NCBI GenBank assembly: GCA_965649205.1
Contig: CBFGJV010000013.1
Coordinates: forward strand, 1 to 64,000
Length of the DNA stretch: 64,000 bases
Source: a candidate division WOR-3 bacterium
GTDB taxonomy: Bacteria; Hydrothermota; Tepidihabitantia; Tepidihabitantales; Tepidihabitantaceae
Reading direction: 5' to 3'
The translations under genes and the position numbers were made by a program. Below are positions 37,687-49,774 of the stretch, one piece after another. The notes below the pieces were generated by a model. The model made no database searches, was not told the origin of the DNA, and was given only the letters and a program-made list of their open reading frames with translations. How positions within the stretch are numbered: position 1 is the stretch's first letter; each line of letters starts with the position of its first letter.

Positions 37687-39897
37687 CTATTTTCTTCTCT
37701 TGTGGGTTCGGCCGCGGTCCTGTTTGTCGCGGCTGTGTCCTTCCCGTTTCGGTGGTCTGCGGGCCACACCGGTGTCGTCCGAAGGAGGGATTTCTCCCCG
37801 CTCTTCCAGCGCCTTTTTACGGGAAAGATTAACCCGCCCCAAATCGTCAATTTCTATGACCTTTACCCATACCTTGTCGCCAACCCGCACCACATCCTCT
37901 ACCTTGTTCACCCGGTCTTCTGCGAGCTGGGAGATATGGATCATGCCTTCCTTACCCGGGAGGACTTCCACAAAGGCGCCGAAATTCATTATGCGGGTGA
38001 CAGTGCCCTGGTAGATTTTGCCCACTTCCACCTCGGCAACCAGCGATTCCACCCAGGATTTGGCTTTCTCCAGCGCCTCTGCCTTGTTGGAGGCGATGGT
38101 TACAGTGCCGTCGTCTTCGATGTCTATGGTGCAGCCGGTTTCTTCGGTGATCTTGCGAATCGTTTTGCCGCCCGGCCCGATCACCGTGCCTATCTTATCC
38201 TTGTCTATCTTCAGGAACACAATACGGGGAGCCAGACGGGATATTTCCGGCCTGGGCTTGGCCAGCGCCTGATCCATGATGTCCAGAACGTGCAACCGGG
38301 CGGCAGTGGCTCGGCGGATGCCTTCAGCCAGCACCGCATAGGGGACTCCGGGCAGTTTCAGATCCAATTGTATGGCGGTGATGCCCTGTCTGGTTCCGGC
38401 TACCTTGAAGTCCATATAGCCGTAGTGGTCTTCGTCGCCCAAGATGTCTGTGACCAGTCGGTAGGGAGCTCCCTGCGCTATGTCTCCGTCGGTGATGAGC
38501 CCCATGGCCATGCCGGCTACAGCCGCCCGTATCGGTACACCGGCATCCATTAGGGATAGAGAGCCGGCGCATACCGAGGCCATGGAAGAGCTGCCGTTGG
38601 ATTCCAGAATGTCGGAAACAACCCGGATGGTGTAGGGGAAATTCTCCTCTGCGGGTATAACAGAGGCGAGAGCCCTTTCCGCCAAGTCGCCGTGACCAAT
38701 GTCCCGACGGCCCGGACCCCGCAGGAATTTTACCTCTCCGACCGAGAAGGGGGGGAAGTTATAGTGGAGCATGAAACGTTTGGTTTCTTCCATTTCCAGC
38801 TCCACGTCGTCTACTATCTGTTCGTCCTGTTTGGTGCCAAGGGTGGTGGCGGCTAGCGACTGTGTCTGCCCGCGAGTAAAGAGCGCAGAACCGTGGGCGC
38901 GGGGAAGAACTCCTACCTCGCAGGTAATGGGTCGGATTTCGTCTTCTTTCCTACCGTCCAGCCGCACACCATCCTGAAGAATGCGCCGGCGCATATCTTC
39001 GCCGAACATCGCATCCAGTACGCCCTTTATCGGCCCTTCTGAATCGGGGAACTGTTCTTCCAGTTCGGCTACCAATTTACGGGCCAGCTCGGTGCGGGCA
39101 TTGCCGCGGGCGAGCTTGTCCTGAATGTCATTGGCCGCTTTTACGGCATCGGCTGCGCGTCGGCGTACTTCTGCCTCCAGTTCAGGTGCCAACAGAGGCT
39201 GGTCGGTTTTGAGTTTGGGTTTGCCGGCGAGTTTCTGCAGTTCTAGCTGCAGGTCTATCGTCTGACGTATGACCGGAAGAGCCAGTTCCCAGCCTTTATC
39301 TATGTCTTCCGGACTGGCGTCTTTAGCCTGGCCGGCAATGGTCATTACCCGGTCGGCGATACCGACATATATCATCCACATATCCGCTTCTTCTTCTCTG
39401 GTCATGGGCGGATTCAGGACAAACTCGTTGCCAAACTTGCCGACGCGACAGGCACCGATGGGGCCAAGGAACGGAATTTCCGACACGGTGAGAGCCGCGG
39501 AAGCGGCAATAAGACCCAGAAGTTCGCTTTCGTTTTCCAAGTCAGTGGAAAGGAGGAAGGCTACTATTTGTGTCTCGGAGCGGAAGTTGTCTGGAAACAG
39601 GGGGCGTATGGGCCGATCAATTAGCCTGGCCGTTAACGTCTCTTTGTCCCGGGGGCGACCTTCTCGTTTGAAGAATCCTCCGGGAATTTTTCCCGCGGCA
39701 TAAGCCAGTTCGCGGTAGTCAACCGTAAGGGGAAAGAAATCTTGGTAGGTTTCCAGCGGCTCCTTTTTGTAAACGGCGCTGGCCAGAATCACGGAGTCAC
39801 CATACCGGGCAAGGACCGCACCGTCAGCCTGACGGGCAACGCGACCGAATTCCAATGATAAGGTCCGGCCGCAGACCTCTTGTTGTACGCGGGTCAA
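37687..39897 (-). CDS. pnp: Polyribonucleotide nucleotidyltransferase
   Basis: DFFPLTVDYRE, RAHGSALFTRGQTQ, ESNGSSSMAS, KH and S1 domains. Confidence 0.97.
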   Translation of the reverse strand: MTRVQQEVCGRTLSLEFGRVARQADGAVLARYGDSVILASAVYKKEPLETYQDFFPLTVDYRELAYAAGKIPGGFFKREGRPRDKETLTARLIDRPIRPLFPDNFRSETQIVAFLLSTDLENESELLGLIAASAALTVSEIPFLGPIGACRVGKFGNEFVLNPPMTREEEADMWMIYVGIADRVMTIAGQAKDASPEDIDKGWELALPVIRQTIDLQLELQKLAGKPKLKTDQPLLAPELEAEVRRRAADAVKAANDIQDKLARGNARTELARKLVAELEEQFPDSEGPIKGVLDAMFGEDMRRRILQDGVRLDGRKEDEIRPITCEVGVLPRAHGSALFTRGQTQSLAATTLGTKQDEQIVDDVELEMEETKRFMLHYNFPPFSVGEVKFLRGPGRRDIGHGDLAERALASVIPAEENFPYTIRVVSDILESNGSSSMASVCAGSLSLMDAGVPIRAAVAGMAMGLITDGDIAQGAPYRLVTDILGDEDHYGYMDFKVAGTRQGITAIQLDLKLPGVPYAVLAEGIRRATAARLHVLDIMDQALAKPRPEISRLAPRIVFLKIDKDKIGTVIGPGGKTIRKITEETGCTIDIEDDGTVTIASNKAEALEKAKSWVESLVAEVEVGKIYQGTVTRIMNFGAFVEVLPGKEGMIHISQLAEDRVNKVEDVVRVGDKVWVKVIEIDDLGRVNLSRKKALEERGEIPPSDDTGVARRPPKREGHSRDKQDRGRTHKRRK

Positions 39898-39899
39898 GG

Positions 39900-40169
39900 C
39901 TAGCCCCTCAACCCGAGTTCTTCCACTATTTTCTTATAGCGGTCCTTATGACGTTCGGCCAGGTAGTTCAAGTGACGGCGTCTTTCGTTGACCATCTTGA
40001 TGAGGCCGCGGCGCGAATGCTTGTCTTTCTTGTGTATTTTGAGGTGTTCGCTCAACAGGCTGATACGTTCGCTCAAAAGAGCGATTTGTACCTCCGGCGA
40101 ACCCGTGTCTTTTTCGTGCAGCTGGTACGTGTGAATGAGCTGCTCCTTTTTCTCTTTTGCTATTGGCAT
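39900..40169 (-). CDS. rpsO: 30S ribosomal protein S15
   Basis: [12 protein letters not shown]...[11 protein letters not shown]. Confidence 0.97.
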   Translation of the reverse strand: MPIAKEKKEQLIHTYQLHEKDTGSPEVQIALLSERISLLSEHLKIHKKDKHSRRGLIKMVNERRRHLNYLAERHKDRYKKIVEELGLRG

Positions 40170-40191
40170 TTTTTAGTCTTCCTCCGGCCTA

Positions 40192-40219
40192 AGAATACTC
40201 AAATTCCCGACATTGTCAA
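40192..40219 (-). promoter_or_regulatory. rpsO-pnp promoter
   Basis: Minus strand TTGACA-N16-TATTCT. Confidence 0.55.
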
Positions 40220-40368
40220 TTATACATACTATCTCGCATTCATAGAATTGTCACTGTAACTATTCGCAAATACGACACATACAAGTCAGGACCAATGGCA
40301 GGCGGTAAAGATTTTACAGTATTAGCGGGCGGCTAGGGATATTTCCAGGTGCAGGGCTCGTGGTTGCG

Positions 40369-40397
40369 TTGACATAAGGGAAATAACAGCATATAAT
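40369..40397 (+). promoter_or_regulatory. tRNA-Val promoter
   Basis: TTGACA-N17-TATAAT just upstream of the tRNA. Confidence 0.75.
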
Positions 40398-40406
40398 AGC
40401 TACACA

Positions 40407-40480
40407 GGGCGATTAGCTCAGTTGGCTAGAGCGCCTCCCTTACAAGGAGGAGGTCATCTGTTCAATTCAGATATCGCCCA
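40407..40480 (+). tRNA. tRNA-Val(TAC), 3' CCA not encoded
   Basis: Acceptor GGGCGAT/ATCGCCC, D-arm GCTC/GAGC, anticodon arm CCTCC-CTTACAA-GGAGG, T-arm ATCTG-TTCAATT-CAGAT. Confidence 0.95.
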
Positions 40481-40745
40481 TCTTCTAACATAAACCAAGT
40501 CAACAGGTTAGATACATTCCGTCCCTAGCAGGGCAAAGGAGTTTATTTGCTGGTCTTGGAATCTAACCGGCATTTTCGTTGGTCTAATGGTAGCGAATGG
40601 AAGGTAGTTATTTGCAGGGTTGTCTGCAAATAGTCAGTGGTAATGCTGGTTCAGCATAATCCAGCAAAGAACAGGAAGTGCCGCAGAGCCCGGCATAATT
40701 GCCGGGTCACGGGCAAAGGTGCTAAAAGTCAAACTGGAGGAAATG

Positions 40746-41039
40746 ATGAAAGTAAAACCGCTGCAGGATAGAATCCTGGTAGAGCGAGTAGAGGAGGAAG
40801 TGAGAAAAGGCGGCATCATCATCCCGGATACGGCGAAGGAAAAACCGCAGAAGGGAAAGGTGATTGCCGTCGGGCCGGGTCGCGTGGATGAAAACGGAAA
40901 GAGAATCCCGATGGATGTGGCCAAGGGCGATTATGTCCTTTTCGGCAAGTACGCGGGTAATGAGATACGCATAGACGATAAGGAGTATCTCATTATGCGC
41001 GAGGAAGACGTCCTGGCCATTATTGAAAAGGAAAAGTAG
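40746..41039 (+). CDS. groES: Co-chaperonin GroES
   Basis: KPLQDRILV...[22 protein letters not shown]. Confidence 0.97.
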   Translation: MKVKPLQDRILVERVEEEVRKGGIIIPDTAKEKPQKGKVIAVGPGRVDENGKRIPMDVAKGDYVLFGKYAGNEIRIDDKEYLIMREEDVLAIIEKEK

Positions 41040-41050
41040 AGGAGGACTGA

Positions 41051-42703
<1,653 letters not shown>

Positions 42704-42710
42704 ACTCAGA

Positions 42711-42805
42711 ACGGTGGCCAGGTGACCGGGCAGTCGGGTGTTGAGTTTCCGCAAGCAGCGAGCGGGACACCTGATTACCTGGTCACCTGGTTGCCCGATT
42801 ACCGT
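42711..42805 (+). repeat. Octamer-based imperfect inverted repeat / long hairpin after groEL
   Basis: GCCAGGTG ACCGGGCA GTCGGGTG on the left; CACCTGAT TACCTGGT CACCTGGT TGCCCGAT on the right. Confidence 0.65.
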
Positions 42806-42818
42806 AGAGGTTAGAACC

Positions 42819-43085
42819 ATGCCTACCTACGAATACGAATGCAGGAAATGCGGCCACCGGTTTGACGTGTTTCAGCGTATAGTGGACCCGCCGGTGAAAA
42901 ACTGTCCCCGGTGCAAGAAAAGGTCCTGCGTGGAACAGATCATATCCGGTGGCAGCGGTCTTATCTTCAAAGGGTCGGGCTTCTATATCACCGATTACAA
43001 GAAAAACTCCTCACCGCCGGACGACGGAAAGGGAAAACCACCTGCAGAAGGTAAGAGTTCGGCGGACACCCAGAACAAAAACTAG
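42819..43085 (+). CDS. FmdB-family zinc-ribbon protein
   Basis: MPTYEYECRKCGHRF...CPRC...FKGSGFYITDY. Confidence 0.9.
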   Translation: MPTYEYECRKCGHRFDVFQRIVDPPVKNCPRCKKRSCVEQIISGGSGLIFKGSGFYITDYKKNSSPPDDGKGKPPAEGKSSADTQNKN

Positions 43086-43451
43086 AAACGGCCGCGGGCC
43101 GCTGGAATAAGGTTGGAGTACAGGACCGCGCGGCCTGTTTTGTCGTATTACGGATGGCATATTTAGCGACCCTGTTACTCGGGGATTTGAGTGGGAAAAT
43201 AGGAGCCCAAGCATGTACCAGCTTATCCCTGTGGTTTCACAGACGAAAATCGTCTTCTTGACATAATGTGTCATCCTGGTATAACGCGTTGTTGGCGGAA
43301 GCGTGCCACAAAGTGCGTTTGGGTGCAACACCCGGACGAGACAGCAGAATTCCATTGAGTGAAAAGATACCCGTTTCAACGGCGGCACCGGTATATTTTG
43401 AGGAACTCAAGTCTTAGGTGCGACACGGCTGGTAGAGATGCAGGAGGTACT

Positions 43452-44135
43452 ATGATGAAGTTTAGGTCGCGGGTTGTTTTCGTTCTGGTTCTGCTTGTGG
43501 GATGGGCGCTAGCTGAGGGCTTTCAGGTCATCTATCTCGCGAACGGAACCTCTGTCAGGGGCATCGTCGCGAGAGAAGGGGTAGATACGCTCTATGTGGA
43601 AACAGGCTATGGCCGACTTGGTATTCCGAAAGCGAGGGTGCTGGGAATGGACTACGTTCAGGACACCGGTCAGTTCTCGCTGGGACCACGGGTGGGCGGG
43701 TTGGACTGCGGCAACTCGTGCAGTCCAAAGCCTAAGAATACATGTTTGGGTTGCTTGTTTTGCTGGCTTGTGCCGGGGGCGGGCATGCTGTACGCTGAAC
43801 AGTACGCGGGGGCTGCCGGGTACTTTTTGTTCTGTACGCCGTTGACCGTCTGGTACGCGATTGAGGCCAAGTCGGATCGAGGCGATAGAAGCCACCCTCC
43901 GATTCTAGCCATTTTGGTTCCCATTCGCATTCTAGAGTGCATCCATACATACGTCGCTGTCCAGAGCTACAATGAGACGCATGGATGGGCGTTCAATTGG
44001 AACAAGCATCAACACACTGCCGGGCTTGAATATAGATTTGGTCCGATTGGAACAGATATGCAGCCCGCATTGGCACTGGATTTCTCCGCCGACCGTCCAG
44101 AGGTCAAGGCCGGCGTCAAGTTGTGGTTTCAGTAG
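43452..44135 (+). CDS. Hypothetical exported/membrane protein (TM2-like segment)
   Basis: SD GGAGG, signal peptide, IYLANGTSVRG, WLVPGAGMLY followed by hydrophobic segments. Upstream TTGACA-N16-TATAAC at 43258-43285. Confidence 0.65.
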   Translation: MMKFRSRVVFVLVLLVGWALAEGFQVIYLANGTSVRGIVAREGVDTLYVETGYGRLGIPKARVLGMDYVQDTGQFSLGPRVGGLDCGNSCSPKPKNTCLGCLFCWLVPGAGMLYAEQYAGAAGYFLFCTPLTVWYAIEAKSDRGDRSHPPILAILVPIRILECIHTYVAVQSYNETHGWAFNWNKHQHTAGLEYRFGPIGTDMQPALALDFSADRPEVKAGVKLWFQ

Positions 44136-44555
44136 TCGAATCGTCTCTGGATGGCCACGTTGTAAAGGAGGGCGGCGACCGGAAAGATGTTGCCCGCAGA
44201 ATGCTGTTCATCGCCAGTATTACTCAAATGTGAGTCTTGGAGAGAGAAGTAAGGAGGTCGGGTTTGCGGTGATAGATAATGTCCTGTACGGCAGTTATCT
44301 TCCGGCCGGCGTTGCGGAACCCGAAGCTGAAATACTTCCGGCTAGTGCGTGTGAAATGGATTAAACTCTCTCAGGTATTTTGGCTGCTATGGAGTGTGCT
44401 TGTTTAGGTCAGGACTAAAGAAAGTTCTTGACAACCTGTCTTTTTAAGCTCCCACAGGTTTGCGTCTTTTCTGACGAAAAGACTGTTTTCGGGGCAGATT
44501 ATTTCTGAGGAAAGTCGCTGTCTTGACATAGCCAAGCTTTAGTATATAAGTTGTC

Positions 44556-45752
44556 GTGCGAGTTCTCGCTTTAGACCATCAGGCTGACCTGGAAACTGAG
44601 CTGGCGCGAGTGGGCGCAGACCCGGCGTCGTGGTCAATTTTTGCGGCCAAGGCAGAGGTATTGCCGATATGGATTGATAAACTGTCTACTGCCGGGGCAA
44701 ATATACTGAAACAGACAGCTCTGGCCTGCGGCGGGGATTGCGCCGTCCATTCCGGTACTGTGGGGGGCAGGGTAAGATATACGAGCGCAATCCTGTTTCT
44801 GAATCGTAGACAATTGAAGAATCTGACTGACAGGTTGTTGCAGCAGCCGAATTGTGTGGCTGCACTGGTTCCGCAGTTGATTGCTCTGGATAATGCGTTT
44901 CACCAGCAGGAATTCCGTATGAGCGTGGGGGGTAGGACGTTTGACTTGGGGTCACGTACTTATGTCATGGGCGTGCTCAATGTTACGCCGGATTCCTTTT
45001 ACGACGGCGGCAGGTATCTGGAGCCGAAGAATGCTGTAGAACAGGCAGTGAAGCTGGAGCAGGAAGGAGCTGATTTTCTGGATGTTGGTGCCGAGTCAAC
45101 CAGGCCGGGGGCGAAGCCGGTTCCGGCCCGTGAGCAAATTTCTCGTCTGCGGCCGGTGCTGAAAGAGCTGCGAAGAAAGGTCAAGATTCCTCTTTCAATT
45201 GACACCACCAATGCGGAAGTGGCAAGAATGGCTCTGGACGCGGGCTGCCACATGGTCAATGACATATCCGGTTTTGGTTTCGACCCGGGCATGGCAAAAT
45301 TGGTTGCTGTCACGGGCGTGCCGTGCGTGGTGATGCATATGCGCGGTACACCCAGAACGATGCAAAAGAATCCCCGTTACAGAAACCTGATGCAGGAAAT
45401 AATCACCAGATTGAAAGAGGCGATAGATAGAGCAGGGCAGGTTGGCGTGAAGCCTGAGCAGATTATTGTAGACCCCGGCATAGGGTTCGGTAAGAAACTG
45501 GAACACAATCTTGAAATTCTGCGTCGGCTGACCGAGTTGCGTTCTCTGGGTCGGCCCATCCTGGTGGGACCTTCGCGCAAATCCTTCATTGCCGGAGTGA
45601 CAGGGCTGGAACCGCAGGAACGCCTGGAGGGTACCCTGGCCGCGGTGGTACTCGCAGCACAGAGGGGAGCGAACATTGTACGGGTGCATGATGTACGGGA
45701 AGCGGTGCGCGCGTTGCGGGTGGTAGATGCAATAGAGGGAAAGGGCAGATAG
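44556..45752 (+). CDS. folP: Dihydropteroate synthase with N-terminal extension
   Basis: MGVLNVTPDSFYDGG, GAESTRPG, SIDT, DPGIGFGK, SRKSFI, RVHDV. Confidence 0.93.
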   Translation: MRVLALDHQADLETELARVGADPASWSIFAAKAEVLPIWIDKLSTAGANILKQTALACGGDCAVHSGTVGGRVRYTSAILFLNRRQLKNLTDRLLQQPNCVAALVPQLIALDNAFHQQEFRMSVGGRTFDLGSRTYVMGVLNVTPDSFYDGGRYLEPKNAVEQAVKLEQEGADFLDVGAESTRPGAKPVPAREQISRLRPVLKELRRKVKIPLSIDTTNAEVARMALDAGCHMVNDISGFGFDPGMAKLVAVTGVPCVVMHMRGTPRTMQKNPRYRNLMQEIITRLKEAIDRAGQVGVKPEQIIVDPGIGFGKKLEHNLEILRRLTELRSLGRPILVGPSRKSFIAGVTGLEPQERLEGTLAAVVLAAQRGANIVRVHDVREAVRALRVVDAIEGKGR

Positions 45753-46516
45753 TGTTGTATCTATCCTTCCTTAAGTTCAGGTTGGTTGATGCGGTGGACG
45801 TTCTTATCGTGGCGCTCATAGTGTTTTACTTCTTGCGGTTCTTGAAAGGTACTAGGGCAATCAGGATGCTTTACACACTTCTGTTCCTAGTGGCCGTGTC
45901 TCTCGTGGCTCGCTGGTTGGACTTCCGGGCTTTGGGTTTGATAGTGAATTCTCTGACCACTTTGTGGATAGTGGCATTCGTCATTATTTTCCAGCCGGAG
46001 ATACGCAATATGCTGGCCAGGGTGGGAAGATTGCGTCCTCTGCGTTTTTTGCTGAAACAGGAGGCGAGCCGGGAAGTGCTGGAAGAGCTGGTGGAAGCTG
46101 CAGTACAGATGAAAGAGAATCGTATTGGTGGTTTGGTGGTGATTGAGCGGGACTTAGGTATCAGAGAGTACGCAGATACCGGAACACGTCTGGACGCAAA
46201 GGTGTCGTCTGCCTTGATTGTTTCCATTTTTACCCCGCCTTCACCTCTGCACGATGGTGCGGTTATCGTGGTGGGCGACCATATTGTGGCCGCGGGCTGT
46301 ACTTTGCCCTTGAGTGACGTGGCATATCAGGATGGTTTTCTGGGAATGAGACACCGCGCCGCGCTGGGAATAGCCACGGTGTCTGACGCCGTGGCTATTG
46401 TCGTCTCTGAAACCACCGGAAGAATTAGTTTTGCCAATCGCGGAAGATTGATATTGAATTTGACCACTTCCCAACTCCGTTATAATATGACGCAAGCCCT
46501 TCTAAAGGAGGCCTAG
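45752..46516 (+). CDS. cdaA: Diadenylate cyclase CdaA/DacA
   Basis: Three N-terminal TM helices, FQPEIR, PLHDGA, GMRHRAALG, VSE.TG.IS. Confidence 0.92.
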   Translation: MLYLSFLKFRLVDAVDVLIVALIVFYFLRFLKGTRAIRMLYTLLFLVAVSLVARWLDFRALGLIVNSLTTLWIVAFVIIFQPEIRNMLARVGRLRPLRFLLKQEASREVLEELVEAAVQMKENRIGGLVVIERDLGIREYADTGTRLDAKVSSALIVSIFTPPSPLHDGAVIVVGDHIVAAGCTLPLSDVAYQDGFLGMRHRAALGIATVSDAVAIVVSETTGRISFANRGRLILNLTTSQLRYNMTQALLKEA

Positions 46517-46519
46517 TTT

Positions 46520-49357
46520 ATGACTGAGCGCCAGGTGCGCATTATTGTTTTCGTACTGATCTTTCTGGTAGTAGGTGGAGTCTATCTGTATTCGGCCGCG
46601 CCTACTGCGTCTTTCTGGGATTGTGGCGAGTTTATCGCCTGCTCATACGTTCTGGGTATTCCTCACCCTCCCGGAACCCCTCTGTTTGTGGCCATTGGGC
46701 GGCTGTTTACGCTTCTGCCAATTGGTCGAGAGGTGGCTTTCCGGGTGAATCTCATTCCCGTCTTGTTTGGCGCATTTTCATGCGGACTCATCTACCTTAT
46801 CGTGCTCAGGCTGATTTCTTATTACTCCGACAAGGACCGTTTTCCCTGGCTCAAGCATGTGGCAGGAGTGTTGGCGGCGCTGGCTTGCGGGTTTGCGTAT
46901 TCCTACTGGGATAACTGTGTGGAGGCGGAGGTATATGCGCCCTGTGTGGTGGTGGCTCTGACTGTGCTCTATATGGCGCTGCACTGGCGAACGAAAGTGG
47001 AAACGGCTACAGGAGACAACCGGCTGATATTGCTTGCCATATTTATTCTGTTTCTTTCCACCGGCATTCACTTTACGCCCATGCTGGTAGTATTTTCTGT
47101 AGTCATATTTGCGCTGATAGTGGACCGCGATTCCATACTGCAGCTGCGACTATTCGAGTTTGTGATGGGGTTTCTGATAATCTTGAGCGTGAACGCTATG
47201 GGCGGAGATGGAGCCGAAGCAGGTATACTCAAGGCGGTAGTAGCGGCGCTGATGCTGGCAACGACTTGGTTTGGTATCCGGGTTATAGAGCGCTCACAGA
47301 ACAATGTGTCTGTGTTGTGGGGACTATGTCTTTTGGCGATTTCGTTTGGCATCGGATACGTGGCTTCGGGTGGGGACGTGATGGACAATACTGTGTTGTT
47401 TCTGGCATCTCCGGCTGTCGCTTTCATAGAGATGTGGGTGGAGTCCAAGATACTCCTCATACTGTTTGTGTTGGGTTATGGAGGCTATCTGGCCTGGTTG
47501 CACTCTCAGGGTAAGCTGAGACCCGGGTATGTGGGTCTGATGCTCGGCCTGATTTTTGTGGCAAGTTCTGTACAGTTTTTCTTGTTGGTGCGGGCAAAAG
47601 TGGGACCGCCCATCAACGAAGTAGACCCGTCGAACTGGCGAGATTTTGTTTCGGTATTGAGACGTGAACAATATGACCCGATGAAGCTGTATCCGCGTAA
47701 GACGATGTTTCTTACTGAGGATGACTACCGGCAGAACATAAACGCACGCTACAGTTTCTTGGTGGGCTATTTCGAACAGATTAAGTTCTACGTACGGTAC
47801 TTCCTCTGGCAGTGGGGCAACGAGAGGTTTTTCGACATATTTCTGGGTGTGAAGTGGCAAGCCCTTTTGGGTCTGATACCGCCGTTGTTGGGTATCTGGG
47901 GCATGTGGCATCAGTTCAAAAAAGAGAAGAAGTCTTTTGTTCTTATATTTATTGCCTTTCTGGTTGCTTCTCTGGTGCTTCTTACTTATCTCAATCTTAA
48001 GTACTCGCCCTCTGACCCCCGGCCGCATTTACGTTTCCGGGAGGTCCGCGAACGTGACTACTTCTTCGCCTTTTCCTTTGTGTTCTATACCATATTCGTG
48101 GGGATAGGCGCCTACGCTTTTCTGCGCTGGATAACCGAACAACTACGAGCCAAGAAGGTAATGGTAGTCGGACTTTCTTCCTTGACTATTGCCTACGGAT
48201 TTGTGCCCATGTTTCTGAATTACGATACGGTTACGCGCAGGCACAACTGGATACCGGCAGAATACGGATACAATATGCTGGTCTCCTGCCCGGGCGAACA
48301 TGCGGTTCTGTTTACCAACGGCGATAACGATACTTTCCCCCTGTGGTTTATGCAGACCGTTCCTTCCCAGGTTGCCGGTCTGGACCCCAACTTTGGCAAG
48401 AACGTGGCTGTGGCCAACCTTTCTCTGCTCAACACCAATTGGTATTGTCGGCAGCTTAAACGCTGGGGAGCGCCGATTTCCTTTACGGAAGAAGAGATAG
48501 ACCGACTGCCGCAGGGATTTGTCGGACAGAACGGACGAACTGTTCTTTTGAAGGACATAATGATACGGGACATAGTGGCTACGAGCGCAGGGGTAAAGTT
48601 GCGCTGGCCGGATGACTATGGCTCCAGTTCTAAGGAGTTTATGGCCAAAGTTTTTACGCCAGACTATAAACCCAAGACACCGGTTTACTTTGCGACTACG
48701 GTTTCCAGTGATAATCTGCAGGATGTGGAGCCGTATCTGCGGTTGGAGGGATTGGTGAACCGGGTGGTGCCGGAGCGCGGACAGCGACAGGTTGATGTTG
48801 AACGCACCCGAGAATTGCTGTTTGAGGTATACAAGATGAACTCTATGCTGGACAAGCGGGTGAAGAAGGATGAGAACACGCGTGGACTACTTATCAACTA
48901 CGCGGCAAGTTATCTGGCGCTGGCGCAGGAATACCAGCGCATGGGCCGTAATCGGGAAGCGCAGGAGGTGATGACCAAGGCTTTGGCTTTTGACCTGGAT
49001 AGAGAACGAAAGATACCTCTCTACTACCATTTGTCTATTTTTGCCATGCTGAACGGAGATTTTGACAATGCTTTGGTCTATCTTGACTCTATTCAGGCGC
49101 AGGGATTTGACGACCCGGAATTTATGCTGCGGCGGGGTTTGGCTTACCAAGGTAAGGGAGACTACGCGCGAGCCGAGCAGTATTATCGTCAAGCAGCCGA
49201 GGCGTCGCCGGAAAGGCCGGAGCCGGTACAGGCTCTCTATAAGCTATATCTGGAAGACATGCATGATACAGCGCGGGCATGGGCGGTACTCGAAGGTTGG
49301 CTACAGCGGGTGCCGAATGACAGCGTGGCCAGGAATATACTGAAAAACATTCGTTAG
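46520..49357 (+). CDS. DUF2723 / TMEM260-like membrane glycosyltransferase with C-terminal TPRs
   Basis: SFWDCGEFIA...GIPHPPGTPLF, EAEVY, RERDYFF, FTNGDNDTFPLW. Confidence 0.85.
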   Translation: MTERQVRIIVFVLIFLVVGGVYLYSAAPTASFWDCGEFIACSYVLGIPHPPGTPLFVAIGRLFTLLPIGREVAFRVNLIPVLFGAFSCGLIYLIVLRLISYYSDKDRFPWLKHVAGVLAALACGFAYSYWDNCVEAEVYAPCVVVALTVLYMALHWRTKVETATGDNRLILLAIFILFLSTGIHFTPMLVVFSVVIFALIVDRDSILQLRLFEFVMGFLIILSVNAMGGDGAEAGILKAVVAALMLATTWFGIRVIERSQNNVSVLWGLCLLAISFGIGYVASGGDVMDNTVLFLASPAVAFIEMWVESKILLILFVLGYGGYLAWLHSQGKLRPGYVGLMLGLIFVASSVQFFLLVRAKVGPPINEVDPSNWRDFVSVLRREQYDPMKLYPRKTMFLTEDDYRQNINARYSFLVGYFEQIKFYVRYFLWQWGNERFFDIFLGVKWQALLGLIPPLLGIWGMWHQFKKEKKSFVLIFIAFLVASLVLLTYLNLKYSPSDPRPHLRFREVRERDYFFAFSFVFYTIFVGIGAYAFLRWITEQLRAKKVMVVGLSSLTIAYGFVPMFLNYDTVTRRHNWIPAEYGYNMLVSCPGEHAVLFTNGDNDTFPLWFMQTVPSQVAGLDPNFGKNVAVANLSLLNTNWYCRQLKRWGAPISFTEEEIDRLPQGFVGQNGRTVLLKDIMIRDIVATSAGVKLRWPDDYGSSSKEFMAKVFTPDYKPKTPVYFATTVSSDNLQDVEPYLRLEGLVNRVVPERGQRQVDVERTRELLFEVYKMNSMLDKRVKKDENTRGLLINYAASYLALAQEYQRMGRNREAQEVMTKALAFDLDRERKIPLYYHLSIFAMLNGDFDNALVYLDSIQAQGFDDPEFMLRRGLAYQGKGDYARAEQYYRQAAEASPERPEPVQALYKLYLEDMHDTARAWAVLEGWLQRVPNDSVARNILKNIR

Positions 49358-49373
49358 CCGTCCAGTCTCTTTC

Positions 49374-49760
49374 ATGCATGAGTTGACCGTGACCAGGCAC
49401 ATGCTGGAGCAGGTATTGACTGAGGCCCGCAGGATAGGAGCGGAACGTGTTACCAAAATAAACCTTGTGGTGGGCAGAGAAGCAGGGGTGGTACCAGATT
49501 GCGTTCGCTTCTATTTTGACCTTCTGAAGCCAGGCACGGTGGCCGCTGAAGCAGAACTATGCTTCAGAATTACTTCTCTACGGCTTAGATGTCGTTCTTG
49601 TCAGAAGGAGTTTTCCACACTAGAGCATATGTGCGAGTGCAATTGCGGAGCGGATATCATAAGCGGCCAGGAGTTGGTTATTGAGAGTATAGAAATAGCC
49701 AATTTACCTGTTGAAAGTTCGACCGCACAAGGGCAGGTTACAGAACTAGCAGCAGGGTAG
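49374..49760 (+). CDS. hypA: Hydrogenase maturation nickel metallochaperone HypA
   Basis: MHE N-terminus, CRSC...CECNC, SGQELVIESIE. Confidence 0.88.
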   Translation: MHELTVTRHMLEQVLTEARRIGAERVTKINLVVGREAGVVPDCVRFYFDLLKPGTVAAEAELCFRITSLRLRCRSCQKEFSTLEHMCECNCGADIISGQELVIESIEIANLPVESSTAQGQVTELAAG

Positions 49761-49774
49761 GTTAAGGCGGGGTT

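Noticed and set aside
40700..40730. CIRCE operator upstream of groES
   Set aside because: Only a partial half-site (GTGCTAA) is present, with no matching TTAGCACTC arm 9 nt upstream.
40481..40740. Possible integrative element at tRNA-Val
   Set aside because: No integrase and no duplicated tRNA 3' end seen; groES follows within about 260 nt.
44136..44520. Possible gene remnant between the hypothetical gene and folP
   Set aside because: Only short frames with no recognisable motif; cannot be supported.
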